64,000 bases of DNA from Azolla caroliniana (GCA_043228905.1 JBHGNT010000015.1:10540001-10604000), one strand, 5' to 3'; positions 22,230 through 36,121 are shown, numbered from the stretch's first letter. Made by a program: numbers and translations. Notes: a model not told the origin generated them from the sequence alone.

Positions 22230-25200
22230 GTTGGATTACTGGAACCATTTTTTGTAGTTTATGTGCAATTTCCATTGATGTTTTCAATTTTGAGATGAAT
22301 TCCATTATCACAAGTGCAATGTGCTTGAGCCTCTTTACAAAACTAACAAAATGTAGGGTTCTTGAGGTTTTCATAGAATCAATAAGCCATGAGTGTTTCA
22401 AATTTCCAACGAGTGATCACTAATGTTGATGATATAGGCATCAAGTAAAAGTGTAAGGAACATTAAGATAGTGAAAAAAAAAACCTTCTAAATGCGTGTT
22501 ATAAATCAAACTATCATATATTGATTAGATAGTTAGAGCCAAAATCCTAACATTGACATATTGATATTAGTCCATACAAAGATGGCAAAATGTATAGATC
22601 CCAAAAAACACAAACATGTCATATCTATGGCTTTATGCATGGCATTATGTCTTGCTTTCATTAGATGATGGCTTCTGTTAATATATGTGTGCATATGTAA
22701 ATGTTTACACATTTGATCTATTCTTCCTTGGGTGGTGTTTTAAAAGTGAATTAGTAAGTGTTTGTGAACACACTATAAAGACCACATTGACAAGTTTCAA
22801 CAAGGGAGAGAAGAATTGGAATAGATCGGTTAGATTATATAAAAATTTGACAGAGGCTTGTTAATATAAGGTGTATTTAGTGTGAGAAGACTTAAGCAAG
22901 AAAATATAATGTCTCCAAATTTTCAAAAGACTATAATAACTTACGAGACTCTAGCTTCCTAAAACTATTAACTTTATTGATATATATCATGAAGTGTTTT
23001 TTTGCCTACTTACTCTAAAGAAGGTTAGCATTCTTGAGTTTGGATGTAGTGTTTTGTATCACACATGCATTCACTATCCCTCGTTAATTGTCATATTTAG
23101 ATTGGATGATACAAATTATTTGACATATTTCATGAACTTCATTTGTTTGGTTCAATAAAAAGGATAGTTTCTTATCTATATGTTGCATTGTCGCGAAGTT
23201 ACGCATGTACATAACCATAAGCCATTAAGTCATTTCAATTGTTTAAACTATAAACCATTAAGTTGATAAAGGCCCAAACTAAATGGAAGCAAAACTAGAC
23301 CATAATAAATATTCAAACTTAAATAGAACAGAATCAAACCATTTGCATTATTAAGATGTTAAATCGTGATACTAGGTTACCTTTGACTTTGCATAATCTT
23401 TGACTCTACATTACCTTTGAGTCTAAGAAGGCTTGACTTCAAGTCACTTAACACCCCATCCTCTCTTGTTAAAATCCCTAGTGGTCTAGCTCAAGTAGCA
23501 CATGAATACTTAATTTTAATAATTCTTGAACATTTTCATATAAGGATCATGTATATGATTCCATATAGGATAAGGGGTGAAAACTCATATAAGTGTTGGT
23601 GTTAGATCAAGAGATTTGGTCCTCAGGAGCGATGCCAAATGGCTTGGTGGAGGGAATGATCTATCTCATCCCTAAAGCGGCAGGGCGAAGCCTCGAGCTG
23701 CACCAATGGCGTCCAATCGCGATCCTTAACACGATATACAAGATACTCGCAAAAGTCCTAGCTAGGTGAATAGCAAGCTTCCTACCGGATATCATACATG
23801 AGAACCAAACAGGGTTTATCAGGGGTAGGTGTATCTTTGATAATGTGCTGCTTCTCTGGGAAGTTATGGCATTGGCAGATCGCACCGCATTGAGCTCGGC
23901 TATTCTGATGTTAGACTTTGAGAAGGCCTACGACAGGGTGTTATGACCCTTTTTGGAAAGAGTGATGAGAGCTATGGGCCTTCCCCAGTAATGGAGGAAT
24001 TTCACTTCTGCACTCTATCGGACTGCTACCAGTAGCGTGTTGGTATCTGGTGCTAGGGGCCCCGCCTTCCAACTACATCGCTCAATGAGGCAAGGTTGTC
24101 CTCTAGCCCCATATCTCTATCTATTTGTAACCGAGGCTTTCTCGGCCTACTTACAAGCACCAAGCAACAGACTGAGGGGATTGCCCATCCCCAATGTGAC
24201 TGAGGATCTTATGTTATCTTAATATGCCGACGATATGGTTCTTTTCTTGCAGGGCGATGATGTAAATTTACAACGAGTTGAACATCTTGTTGAAGACTTT
24301 TGTCAGGTTGTTGGTGCCAAGATCAATTGGGATAAAACCCAAGGCCTCTAGTTCAACGAACAAGAGAAGCCAAGGTAGCATCCCCATGCTAAGTTTGCAT
24401 GGGTCCCTGATGGGACGACATTCAAGTACCTCGGATTTACGATGGGGAGGGCAATCCCCAAGGGAGCGCAATTGTCCCATGTGCAAGCCAAACTAAGCAA
24501 GAAGTTGAACCAATGGAGCAGGTCTAAACTATCCTTCACTGGTAGGGTTCTTATTGCGAACCAAGTGATGCTCGCCACCATGTGGCACTCAATCTCGTGC
24601 TAGATTATGGACCCTTCAGGCTTGCACGCGATTAAGGCTACCATCATGGGTTTTATATGGTCAAGTAAGGACAACCCGATGGTTGCCGCCAGAGTGTCAT
24701 GGCATTGGTTAACACAACCGCGGGCCAAAGGGGGGGGCTTGGCCTCATAGACCCCCTAATGCAGAGCTGAGCATTGCTAGCCAAAATGGTGGTTCGTTGC
24801 CTCCTGCCAGGTGAGGGGTGTTGGAAGGTTCTACTTCGCAATAGGTTGCAGGCAGGGACTCCCAAGTATGGTAGGCCTTGGCCCGACTCCTTGAATTGGT
24901 GTTGTACGAGCGGAGTTCCTCCCAAGATGGCTTTTCTTCCAGAGGAGAGGGTCACGAACTCCATCTTGCGGGCATGGTGTCACATACGACATCATTTGGT
25001 CAAGCACACGCCAGAGACACTAATCGAGTGGTCTAGACAACCATTATTTTGGAACCCTCAGGTGCGAACAAGTGACGACATGATGTTAGGCCAGCTTAAG
25101 GGCCTAGCATGGGGAAAGCTGGCGCAAATAGGGCTTCACTCTTTAGATGATTGGAGACGCACGATGGCTTTAGGAGGAGCCTAGGGGGTCCCACTTCCTC

Positions 25201-25702
25201 CCCTCAAGGGAGCCATGAAAATGCGGAGATTGATAGCTGAGGCAGTTGATGAGGTTCCGATGGGGGAGGTGAGAGAAGATGCTTGGTTCGGTCTCTTTGA
25301 TGAGGCCGGAAGGGTTAAGGCGCTGAAGGGCATGAGCGGATCGGGAAGAGATAGGATTTTTGGGGAGAGTCAGAGTAGAGGCTCTTGGCACCCAATCCGC
25401 GTGGTGGCGCATGTTGGTAACATTTGGAAGACAGACCCGGATGTTGCTAAGGTGGAACCCCATTGGAAGTTATGGGTATATGGTTGTCGTCCCCTCATCG
25501 AACTAGAATGGAACCCAGGAGATTTCAGGTGGAAACATGATGGCAGATTTCGCCATTTCTTCGAGTACAACACTAAACTGGGTCAGACTTTTCAATTGCA
25601 GCTAGACGGCCCCTTGTTGGAGACGAGGCAGTCTCTGCGGAAGATCAAGAAGCATTCGATTCTTCTGAGTACCTGCGTATGACAGATTGTAGGTCGTTGC
25701 AC

Positions 25703-25739
<37 letters not shown>

Positions 25740-26104
25740 CACAAAAGACTCTTTATTTCTCAAAGCAATAATACAACAAGCCAACCTTACAAAAAGGTTA
25801 CAAGGTCACTATATATAGTGACCGACTTAGGGCAACTGCCCTTTATGCTAATTACATAAATGGCCAAAACGGGATAATGTGAATACGTCCATTATACACG
25901 TGTATTCGACACTCCCCCGTAATGGGCGTATACATGGGTTATCTAAGATTACAGGTATAGACTTAGGTTCTTGGACATATCAGCTTTGTTCGAGTCGGCA
26001 GGGTCCGAAGGCAGAAGACCGAACTGGTCGGGTCGGAACAGTTGAAGCCGATCATTAAGGAACTGATGTCGGTTGTCGGGAACCATCCTGCTCTGTGTCC
26101 GGCT

Positions 26105-27680
26105 CTAACCGGACTGGTTTGTCGTTACGCCCATCTGATGCCGAAGAGACCGAAAACGGTCTGCCGAAAGACACTTGGTCATTCCATCTGCGACATTGTC
26201 GGTTGTGGATATTTTCTCTAGACCGATTTTCCCTGAAATGACGCAGTCCCGAACGAAGTGATATCGAACGTCGATATGTTTGGAGGCGTTGTGGTGAACC
26301 GGATTTTTCGACAAGGCAACAGCACCTTGACTGTCGCTGTAGACAACTGGAGCCGAGTCATGGTCGACTTGTCGAAACGTGTGCGCCAGCCGACCGAGCC
26401 ACAAAGCTTCTTTTGCTGCGTCGGACGCAGCTACATATTCTGCTTCGGTCGTTGAGGTTGCTGTGCACTCCTGAAGTTTCGACTTCCACGAGATTGCTCC
26501 ATTGCCGAATTTGAAGTAGTATCCGGTTGTTGATTTCCGACTGTCTATACAGCCGGCGAAATCCGAGTCGGTGTAACCGACTACGCCTGAGGTTCGGTTC
26601 GGACCGAAAAGAATGCCGTGTTCTTTTGTGCCAGCCAGATATCTGAACACATGCTTGACTGCGTTCCAATGCGATCGGCCAGGATTGTGCATAAATCTGC
26701 TGACGACTCCTACGGCATGAGAGATATCAGGCCGTGTCGCGACCATCAGGTACATAAGGGAGCCGACTGCCGGTGCATACGGTACCGACTTCATATTTTC
26801 CCCCTCCGGGCCGGATGTCGGGCAGTCTCGCTGAGAGAGCCGAAGATTCATTGGGAGCGGGGTTGAAGCAGATTTGGCTGATTGCATGTTGAAGCGTTCT
26901 AAGACACGTCGGATATAGTCGGTCTGAGACAAAAAAAGATGTCGTTTATCGCGATGCCGACTAATCTTCATGCCGAGTATGTGTCGTGCCGGACCGAGGT
27001 CCTTCATGGCAAACTTCAACCGCAGTTGCCGAACGAGATCGGCAAGTTCGCCCGCGTGGCGTCCAGAAATTAGCATGTCGTCCACGTAGATGATGAGGAA
27101 GATGGGTGATCCATCTTGAGCTGTATTGGTGAAGAGACAATGGTCCTCATCGCTTTTGGAGAAGCCGATCGATTGGATGAAGTCGTCGAACTTCTTGTAC
27201 CATTGTCGTGGTGCCTGTTTGAGGCCGTATAGACTCTTCCTGAGTCGGCAGACTAGATGTTCTTGGCCGGTTGCCACGAAGCCTTTTGGCTGCTCCATAT
27301 AAATTTCCTCCTCGAGATCACCATGGAGGAAGGCTGTTTTGACATCTAGCTGAATCAGCTCCAAGTTGTCGGTTGCCACTACGCCGAGTAGAAAACGAAG
27401 GGTTGTCATTTTCACCACTGGTGAAAAAATCTCGTCGAAGTCGACGCCATATTCTTGTCGGAAGCCCTTCGCAACTAATCTGGCCTTGTACTTTGGGGTG
27501 GTAGAGTCAGACGTCTCTTTTAGTCGATAAACCCACTTGCAAGGAAGAGCACGTCGGTTCTTAGGTAATTCGACCAGATCCCAAGTCTTGTTTGCCCGAA
27601 TGGAGTGCATTTCCGACTCCATCGCCAGATGCCAGGTGGCTGAATCGACAGAAGTCGATGCTTCTTCGTAAGACGTCGGT
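26105..27680 (-). CDS. Copia reverse transcriptase-RNase H
   Basis: KARLVAKGF, QLDVKTAFLHG, YVDDML, TRPDI, DSDFAG, TEAEY, KHIDVRYHF, ADGMTK. Confidence 0.9.
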
Positions 27681-30104
27681 GAAGAAAATTCCAGGAGAGT
27701 ACCTCTCCGGAGGTTGCGACAGTCTCTCGGATCGTCGAGGTATGATGGGACTGGTCGCATCGGGTATCGAGGTCGGATGGTCCGAAAGCGGATTGTTCTG
27801 CTGTGCCGAGTCGGAGTTGTCCGAGTCGGTAGTGTAAGGTTCAGCTACCCGTGAAGCTGACCGTGTGTTAAGAGCGGGGCCTTCTTGAAGGGTCGGCACA
27901 TCGGAGAATGTTACCCTTCGGACTTCGATCGGTTTTTCGACTGATGGATTCATAGCCGACTCGTTGAACACAACGTCCGAACTTCGAACGATTTGTCTGC
28001 GTTCGGGGTCCCAGAGTCGGTATCCCATTTCGCCGTCGGATCCATATCCGAGGAAAATGCATTTCCTGGACCGAGGTGCAAGTTTTCGGCGATCATCTTT
28101 CGGAATGAGGGCGTACGCCTCGCATCCGAAGATCCTCAGCTTGTCGTAATTCGGCTTACTGCCGATCCATAGTTCCTGAGGAATTTGAAGTCCTAGAGGT
28201 CTACTTGGCGACATATTGATTATGTGTACTGCCGTGAGTAGAGCCTCTGCCCAGAAGCCATCCGACAGTCCGGAGTGTTGGAGCATGGAAACTATCCGTT
28301 CTTGGATTGTCCGATTCATTCGTTCTGCAATCCCGTTTTGCTCCGGACTGTGTGGTGCCGTAAATTCACGTCGGATGCCGCGTTGTCGGCAGAATTTGAC
28401 GAATTCGTCGGATTTGAACTCTCCCCCATTGTCGGTCCGAAGGCATTTCAGCTTTCGGTCGGTTTGATTTTCTACCATAGCGAGCCAATCGGAGAAGATC
28501 GAGAAGACACGATCTTTGGTGCGAATCGGATAAGCCCACACCTTTCGAGTCGAATCGTCAATAAAACTGACGAAGTAAGAGGCACCGCCAAGAGACTGAT
28601 GCGGCATTGGGCCACAGACGTCCGAATGGACCAAATCGAGAGGTCTTGTTTCTCTTGGTGCTGATGTCGGGTGTGATGCGGCTGCTTGTTTGCCATACTG
28701 GCAATGCTCGCAAAATTGATGGTCGGAGAAGGAGAGTTTGGGGATGTATCCGGCTCTAGATAGATGCGTAATGCCGGCCTTGCTGAGGTGTCCTAATCTT
28801 CGGTGCCATAGTGATGACACAGGAATATCCACCAAAAACAGGTTACCCTCTCTGAGCGTAACATGTAACGGATACAGTGAGTGTATCTTGGGTCCTCTAG
28901 CAAGCAGGAGGTTCCCCCTGTGGAGTGTCCACCCTCCCGAAGAAAAACCGGCACGAATGCCGTCTTCATCTAGTTGTCCGACTGAGATCAATGGCCTTGA
29001 GAGCTCGGGTACATGTCGGACATTGTGGAGTACAAGTGTAGAGCCACCTGCAAGGTTGAGCTCTACTGTGCCGATTCCGATGATGTCACAGTGTTGTGAG
29101 TTGCCGACCCGAACTGAGTCGGAGTGACGGATCGTATATTGCCGAAATTGGGACCGATGAGGAGTCACATGAAATGACGCGCCCGAATCCAAGAGCCATG
29201 TGCTCGATTCTTCAGTCGTGAGTAGAACTTCTGATCCGACTGGATTTTCGATTGATAGTATATTCGGTTCGTCCGGTAGTACATCAGCTGAGAAGCTGAC
29301 GTAATTGATCTCCTCATGCCGGCCACTCTTCTTGTTGTTCTTGTTCTTGAGTGCGCGGCAGTCGGCTTTGATGTGTCCGGGTTTCTTGCAATAGTTGCAG
29401 GTTCGGTTATCCCGTGACTGGCTCCGTCTTCGCTGATTGTTCGGCGGTCGTGAGGAATCTCTTCCTCGTATGTTCGATCGGTTTGTCGAACCTTGTACTA
29501 TGTAAGCGTCTTCTGTTGAGTCTTTGGCGAAAGACTTTCTCCGAGCTGCTTCGGTCAGGATTGCGCTCGTGACTTCGGAGTATTTAACAGCCGTGGTTGA
29601 CGCGTTGCACACGGTTGTGACGAAAGTTTCCCATGATGAGGGAAGGCTACTCATGAGTATCATTGCTCTGAGTTCATCCTCGATTGCCGTCCCCTGTGAC
29701 GAGATTTGGGAGCTTATGCTTTCGTACTCATTGAGGTGTGCTTGAACCGAGTCGGATTCTTTCATCCGCAAGTTGTAGAGGCGCCGGATCAGAAACATCT
29801 TCGTTGCGGCGACCTTTTCGTAAGTGTCCGACAGTGTTTTCCACAATTCGAATGCTGTCGTACACGATTGCACCGTAAAGTATACCGATTCCGATAGGTG
29901 CATCCGAATCGTGGCGCGGACGATTCTGTCCAGCTTCTGCCACTCAATTGGTTTGTATCCTTCTGGAGGTTCTTCATTTTCGATGGGATCGATTTGCCCC
30001 TTGACTATGAGATAGTCCTGCATTTGTTCCTTCCAGAAGTTGAAGTTCGATCCATCGAACTTTCGGAGACTCATTTCTGACGAGCCGGATGTTGATGCCA
30101 TCAT
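27561..30104 (-). CDS. Copia Gag-protease-integrase (frameshifted near 27675)
   Basis: KFDGSNFNFWK gag, CNYCKKPGHIKADC, WLLDSGASFH, WHRRLGH...CEHC, HSDVCGP, LRTDNGGEF, NGIAER. Confidence 0.9.
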   Translation of the reverse strand: MMASTSGSSEMSLRKFDGSNFNFWKEQMQDYLIVKGQIDPIENEEPPEGYKPIEWQKLDRIVRATIRMHLSESVYFTVQSCTTAFELWKTLSDTYEKVAATKMFLIRRLYNLRMKESDSVQAHLNEYESISSQISSQGTAIEDELRAMILMSSLPSSWETFVTTVCNASTTAVKYSEVTSAILTEAARRKSFAKDSTEDAYIVQGSTNRSNIRGRDSSRPPNNQRRRSQSRDNRTCNYCKKPGHIKADCRALKNKNNKKSGRHEEINYVSFSADVLPDEPNILSIENPVGSEVLLTTEESSTWLLDSGASFHVTPHRSQFRQYTIRHSDSVRVGNSQHCDIIGIGTVELNLAGGSTLVLHNVRHVPELSRPLISVGQLDEDGIRAGFSSGGWTLHRGNLLLARGPKIHSLYPLHVTLREGNLFLVDIPVSSLWHRRLGHLSKAGITHLSRAGYIPKLSFSDHQFCEHCQYGKQAAASHPTSAPRETRPLDLVHSDVCGPMPHQSLGGASYFVSFIDDSTRKVWAYPIRTKDRVFSIFSDWLAMVENQTDRKLKCLRTDNGGEFKSDEFVKFCRQRGIRREFTAPHSPEQNGIAERMNRTIQERIVSMLQHSGLSDGFWAEALLTAVHIINMSPSRPLGLQIPQELWIGSKPNYDKLRIFGCEAYALIPKDDRRKLAPRSRKCIFLGYGSDGEMGYRLWDPERRQIVRSSDVVFNESAMNPSVEKPIEVRRVTFSDVPTLQEGPALNTRSASRVAEPYTTDSDNSDSAQQNNPLSDHPTSIPDATSPIIPRRSERLSQPPERYSPGIFFTDVLRRSIDFCRFSHLASGDGVGNALHSGKQDLGSGRIT

Positions 30105-30883
30105 ATTCGGTTTCGGTTGACGAAGCTCGGTTCGGAGTTGACTACGAACCTTGTTGGGGTGCAGCCGGTTGGCTCACCCGATATCGTTCTAGTCGGATTT
30201 GAACCCGAGTCGGTTCGGCTTCGGAACTTGCTCGAATTGACTTCGGTAGCTTGAGGGACAGAACCGACTGGTCTTCCCGAATGTTGCCGAGTCGGAGTGA
30301 GCCCGGTTCGCTTCGGGTATATATATATATATGCCGAATACCGATTATTGAAACCGATTTTGCTTCGGTTGACTGCAGCAACGAGAGAGACGGATCCAAC
30401 TAATCCTCCCGAATGTTGATCAGCCAGATGAAGCACGAATTTGGGGTTGTTGTCTTAAGACCGATCTGCACCGAGTGGTTACAACGAGCAGCGAGCAGCG
30501 TTTAATGACCTTTTCGGATGCCGTTTAACCGAATGGATCACGATCGTGTCAATGATGCACAAGGGGATTTCACCTCGAGCGGTTACGATCACAAGGAACA
30601 GAGTACAACCTGATGGTTTACTCCAAGCAAGAGGATCTAACGCGATGGGGTGCAAACCTCGTTTTTGTTCTTCTTCTCTCTTTCTTCGAATGACGCGAAT
30701 GCTGTGCAGGCCGTGATGAAGTGAAGAACCGAATGCTGTGCAGGCGGCCGACAGCGGATTGAAGGACCGACTACTGTGCAAGCTCTGATACCAGATGTTG
30801 GAGACGAGGCAGTCTCTGCGGAAGATCAAGAAGCATTCGATTCTTCTGAGTACCTGCGTATGACAGATTGTAGGTCGTTGCAC

Positions 30884-30920
<37 letters not shown>

Positions 30921-33900
30921 CACAAAAGACTCTTTATTTCTCAAAGCAATAATACAACAAGCCAACCTTACAAAAAGGTTACAAGGTCACTATATATAGT
31001 GACCGACTTAGGGCAACTGCCCTTTATGCTAATTACATAAATGGCCAAAACGGGATAATGTGAATACGTCCATTATACACGTGTATTCGACACCCCTTAC
31101 GCAATGGCTGGCGTAGAGTGGGCATCCCTGATGAGGTGCTCATTACCTTTGGGAAGGGTCTCTCGCTCTCCACTTGCCGAAAAAGATAAAGTTCTTTTGG
31201 TGGCAAATCGGTCATAATGTGGTTCCTGTTGGCAAATGGCTAGGTAAACGTGGCGGCCCGTTTGGCTGCTCACTTTGCCATTCACTTATTGAAACTCTGA
31301 GGGATTGCCGTCACGCTCAAAAGGTATGGGTTAGTGTGACTCGCCTCCTTGCGGCATGTGAAGTGGAAGGAACAACATCGTGGAGTGTTGCGACATGGCT
31401 TGATCACTCCGTTGATAGGTGGACAGATGCCTTCAATGCGGATAGTTGGTGCTACGTATGCATGAGAGGCAAAATTGCCAAGATTCGATTTGAGAGAGGC
31501 TTGCAGTCCGCATCCCCTAGGTTCTCGGACATTTGGATGCTGATCGCAGGCTTCACCCTGTGGTATGTATGGAAAGCGTGTTGCCTAAAGGTCTTCCAGG
31601 ATCTGGTGCGGCCCCCAAAGAAAGTGATCATGGACATATGGTTTGCACTTATTAGCTGCCTACGAGGGCAATTGGACGAGGTTTGCAACCATTCCATTGA
31701 CGTGGGCACTGCCCGTTTGCGCTTTTGGCAGAAATGGCGAAACACGCCTATGGTGACACACGGAGGAAGTGGCCCGAGGTGGAACCACCAGCCCCCACGT
31801 TGGTTGTTTCCGGCTCACTTACCACCCTCCCTTTGCTGTCAACCCCAAGAGTTGTCTCCTACTAGTCATCACTGAAGGGCACCGTTTTAGCTGTAGATAC
31901 TTACATTAAGTAGTCAGTCCGAAAGGCGATGTAACTAGTCTCATTTTCTTGAACTTGATCAGAGGGAGATTCCCTGATCTAAGTTTAAGCCTCCTTGTAC
32001 AGTCTCTTTGTAATAATCCTTCCTAACTAATGGGAAAGTAGCTTCATTTTGGGAAAAAAAAAAGTGCTTGTTAATAAAAGAATATATCTTTGAAAAATTG
32101 AGTGTACATTTGTCAAGCCTATGATAATTTGGTATAGAGTGAAACCAAAACGAAACTGTGAAATCACGGCTTAATAGTTTGTAATCTCTAGAACTATTTG
32201 GTTCGACCTTGGAAATTCCTATAACGCTTTCATTTGAATTTAAAGAATTTTGTGACTTGGTTCAGTTTTTAGTTTCAAAATGGTTTTTAGTTTGTAATCT
32301 CTAGAACTATTTGGTTTGAAACATTTTGTATTTGAAGCTCCCAAAATAAATCGAGCCAACCATTACTGATTGTTAGTGGGGCCATTGAAGGCATAGTTTT
32401 CTCAATATTAGGATTGACAAATGCCTTTCATCATTGTTGAAGGTGCTTTAATCACAATAGGCTTTTGTAACACCTTTGCTTAATTAGAGCAAAGTGATCA
32501 TATGATATTGTAGCAATTGGTCACCATCTAGTCATCTTGCAAATTAAAGTTGTAGACTTTGTACTTATTACTTGATTGGTAATGGCCTAAATGCCAAATT
32601 CCAAACAAAACAAGGTGGCCTCGATGTTATTCATGAAGTCAGCAACACCTAGCTTTCACATTTGTTCGCATACCACTTGCGAGGTAACTCCTTCATGTTA
32701 ATGTATCAAGGTGTAAATTCCTTGTTTCCACACAGTTTCAATCCTTAGTTCAAAGAGACTATATTCACCTAGATCCCAAGGGGTTCATCATCTCACAAAT
32801 AAATTTATTCTCCTACATGATGTGAATCATGTGGGGTCCTGGATCATAAGTTCGAATTAAACAAACATGTAAAAATCCAAACTAACATGTTACTACACAT
32901 GAGAAAAATTACCACATAGGAAAACTAAAGAAAGTGAATTAACGAGAAACAAACACAATATCAAGTTTTGAGTGACCAAAGAGAGGATTTTGACAATTTC
33001 ATAACGGGTTTTCAACATGAAAAGAAACATTCATTTTTGGAAAAGGGTCCCTAATAATTTTAAACTAAAATTCCATTGGCTGTCATTGGCTGTCCATCTT
33101 TCAAGTGAACAATGAGCATGGTCCAATTTCTATATACTTAATTTGGCACCTTGAAAGTACAAATAAGAATGAGAATATGTTGCATTGCATTATCGAATAA
33201 TAAATATACAACTTGGCAAATGACTCATATGTGATGAACAACATAATCATGGAAAGGCTGACATTATCTGATAATATTCTGTTGGCTGTAAAATCCTACT
33301 TTAGCAAAACTCACACTTATCTTCATGTATAGCTTAGATCTGGAGTAGCATCCCTAGATGGTGATACCATATTTGGTAGATTGATTGCATCTACTATATA
33401 GATATCAATGGACTTCCTAACTCGCCCTAATTCCCATAGCCACACAAACCATGATGGCATCTGATGTAATGGCTAGACTATATCAGGAATGAGGACAATA
33501 GCGAAAACACATTGAATAAAATTAGCAACTAGCCATAAACTTTTTAGAACACACAACTATCATTAACCCTACATTGTACTACTATCAAGAAGACAATGAG
33601 AGCAATAAGAAATTATGGTTTTTCAATCTTTACGATTCTGAATGATGAGAGAGATGTTTATTTTCATCACACAACACATTTTCCTCTCATTTATCATTCT
33701 ATCTAATCAACTGAACCCATGGCTTGAATTTTCAGCATTACAGAATTGTTCACATATCATTCCATATTCTGGTTATTATTTCGCCTCCATACATATTATG
33801 AAGTGCATGAAAAAAATGAATGCTCATTTGTAGGATTCGATACATATAGACACCTAAATCTCAAGACTAACTGAACATATACTTCGTGATGTACACACTT

Positions 33901-34387
33901 GGTGTGTATCAAACATATCATTCTCATAACAAGATAACACACAAAAACCTATTCCGATTTGATTCTTTCCCGATTATGCGAATGTCTTATCATCGCACTC
34001 ATATCTTCAGATACCACCATCGAAACCCTAGTTTCATCACCAACAAATCTATTCCACATTATTACAGCACCATATATAGCCCTCATATAGTGTGCCCTTG
34101 ATCTTCATGACTATAATACCATTGTCATTATTGAGCATCCAGAAACGAAAGAGCCTGCAAGGGTTCAAACATTAGATGAAATAAGAACAGCCCTATCACA
34201 ACGCAAAATCTATACACTTTGTAAATGTAACAACAATATATGTATATATACATATAAGTAGAGGTGGTTTTCCACACAACGCCTCACAAATGAGATACCG
34301 TGATATTTAAAGAGTTTGATTAAGTACCTGACTAACATGGGGTTATTTGCTCCTTGTTTAATCCTAGACTCTCTTGCTAATTCCACA

Positions 34388-35795
34388 TCACGACGATGAG
34401 GTGAAGGATCCGGAAGATGAATCTTTGGCTCGTGTCATGAGTTCTCTCACTTCGCCAATCACAAGCTTCGTCAGTAGGAGCCCCGCAAAGAGAGCTGACA
34501 TCATGAGCATGATGAAAACTGAATCCCAACCAGTGGACGAAATATAGCCAGTGAGTAAGGGCCCCACGGCTGCCCCGACTGACCCTGTCCCATCTATGAT
34601 GGCAGTTACAGTGGCTAATGCTTTTGAGTTACCTTTGAGAGATTTATGTGTTCCGAGATCAGCCGAGACAGCTGTTGTGATGAGAGCATATGGCCCATTC
34701 ACAAACATCCCAGCCACAAACATTAGCACCAAGTTAAGCCATAGCGAAACCGAGCTGCACACATGGTACACAAATAGTGCCGGTATGGAGAAATACATGA
34801 AGCTCGCTGCCGTTATGGCTCTCGCTCTCATTCTATCTGATATGTATCCAGCTAGTATGCCTCCAAACACACCACCAATATCGAACACTGTGGACAAGTT
34901 CCCAGAGGTGGAATCAGAGAGATATTTACCTCCAATCTCTGCAAAACACGTGCCATAATTTAATTAGACACAAAGTGAATACTAAGATGTTGAAATCGAC
35001 CACATAAATAAATCCAAAGTAAGCCCTTTTGTACCAGTATGGCTGATGTAGTAGGGGAGCCAATAGAGGAATGTGTATGCAACAAGCTTGGTGAAGAACA
35101 AGCATAAGGCAAACGGTGCCACACCTGGTATTGCCCAGGCCTTCAGGAAGCTCACAGCACTATGTCCATCTGAATCGCTAGCTTCGGAGCCACTAAGCAA
35201 CGGGTCATCCGATTTTGAATAGCATGTTGTGTCAGGATTGACTGCAGCCTCGTGATCCCTGGCTTTGCTGGATCCTTCGGCAGTAGCTTCATGTGCAGGT
35301 GGGAAGCCAACAATAACAGGATCCACCACCAAGAAGAAGAAGATGACCAAGCCACCAAAAGCCATGGTTATGCCAGGGATGAGGAAGGCCCATCCCCATC
35401 CGTAGGAGAGCATGGCCGAACAAATCAAGGAGCCCAAGATGTTGCCTACAGATGTATGCGCATTCCATATCCCCATGATGAGGCCTCGCTTCCGCTTCCC
35501 AAACCACCGTGCCACCACTGTGACAACTGAGGGCCAACCAGTGGCTTGGAAGAAGCCGGCAATGATCTGGACAATGAAGAAGTAGCCAATCCAGTGAATG
35601 TCCCACCAGTAGGCCATGCCGAAGAGGGAGACGCAGATACCACTGCCAATCATGCCGACAGTGAGGAACCATCGGTTGCAGAGGCGGTCACCAAGATGAC
35701 CGGCAAAGTACATACCGATGGCATAAGAAGCCAGGAAGGCAACATCTACCTCACCTAGGAGGGCAGTGCCGGAGGCCGTGTTGAAGGGCGCCCAA

Positions 35796-35828
<33 letters not shown>

Positions 35829-36121
35829 ACCCCTGTGCCTGTGCCGGTGTCCATGATCGACTGCGACTGCGAGGAGACATGATGGTGCAGAGGACGAGGA
35901 GGACCACCACGGCTGAGCCCAAGCCCAACAGCATCAGATTGAAGGGTGTCCTTCACGATGCTTGTGGGTTTCCGAGACGCGTGGTAGAGGGTATAGGCCA
36001 TGAAGGTGAGGAGGAGCACTGACGTCCGGTACTCATGGAAGCTCGCCTCTTTCCTGGTGATCCGCCTTAGGAATGAGATTCCGGGTGGGATCGCTGATCG
36101 GCTTAAGGATATACAGCCCAT
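34388..36121 (-). CDS. G3Pp: Glycerol-3-phosphate permease / sugar-phosphate exchanger (MFS, SLC37/GlpT family), ~545 aa, 2 exons
   Basis: Exon 1 is 36121-35035 and exon 2 is 34938-34388, separated by a 96-nt GT-AG phase-1 intron. Family motifs YHASRKP, GWAPF, GHLGDR, GWPSVV, GIWNAHTSVGN, KLVAYTFLYWLP, NGPYALITTAVSADLG, TAIIDGTGSVGAA. The upstream part of the ORF track is microsatellite-rich UTR. Confidence 0.95.

Larger units (their letters stand above)
25615..31092 (-). mobile_element. Full-length young Ty1/Copia LTR retrotransposon
   Basis: 297-bp LTRs at 25615-25911 and 30796-31092 (no difference seen by eye), TSD CCCCT on both sides, PBS TGGTATCAGAGC at 30782-30793, PPT at 25912-25918, domain order gag-PR-INT-RT-RH. 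Confidence 0.97.
23605..32063 (+). mobile_element. 5'-truncated degenerate L1 LINE (ORF2 RT and zf-RVT), interrupted by a Copia element
   Basis: WRPIAILNTIYKILAK, LDFEKAYDRV, RQGCPLAPYL, YADD, FKYLG. Resumes at 31098 with KIKFFWWQ..CSLC. Poly-A at 32054-32063. Confidence 0.9.

Noticed and set aside
31128-31145. CTGATGAG as a second hammerhead core
   Set aside because: No GAAA box after stem II, and it lies within LINE ORF2 coding sequence.
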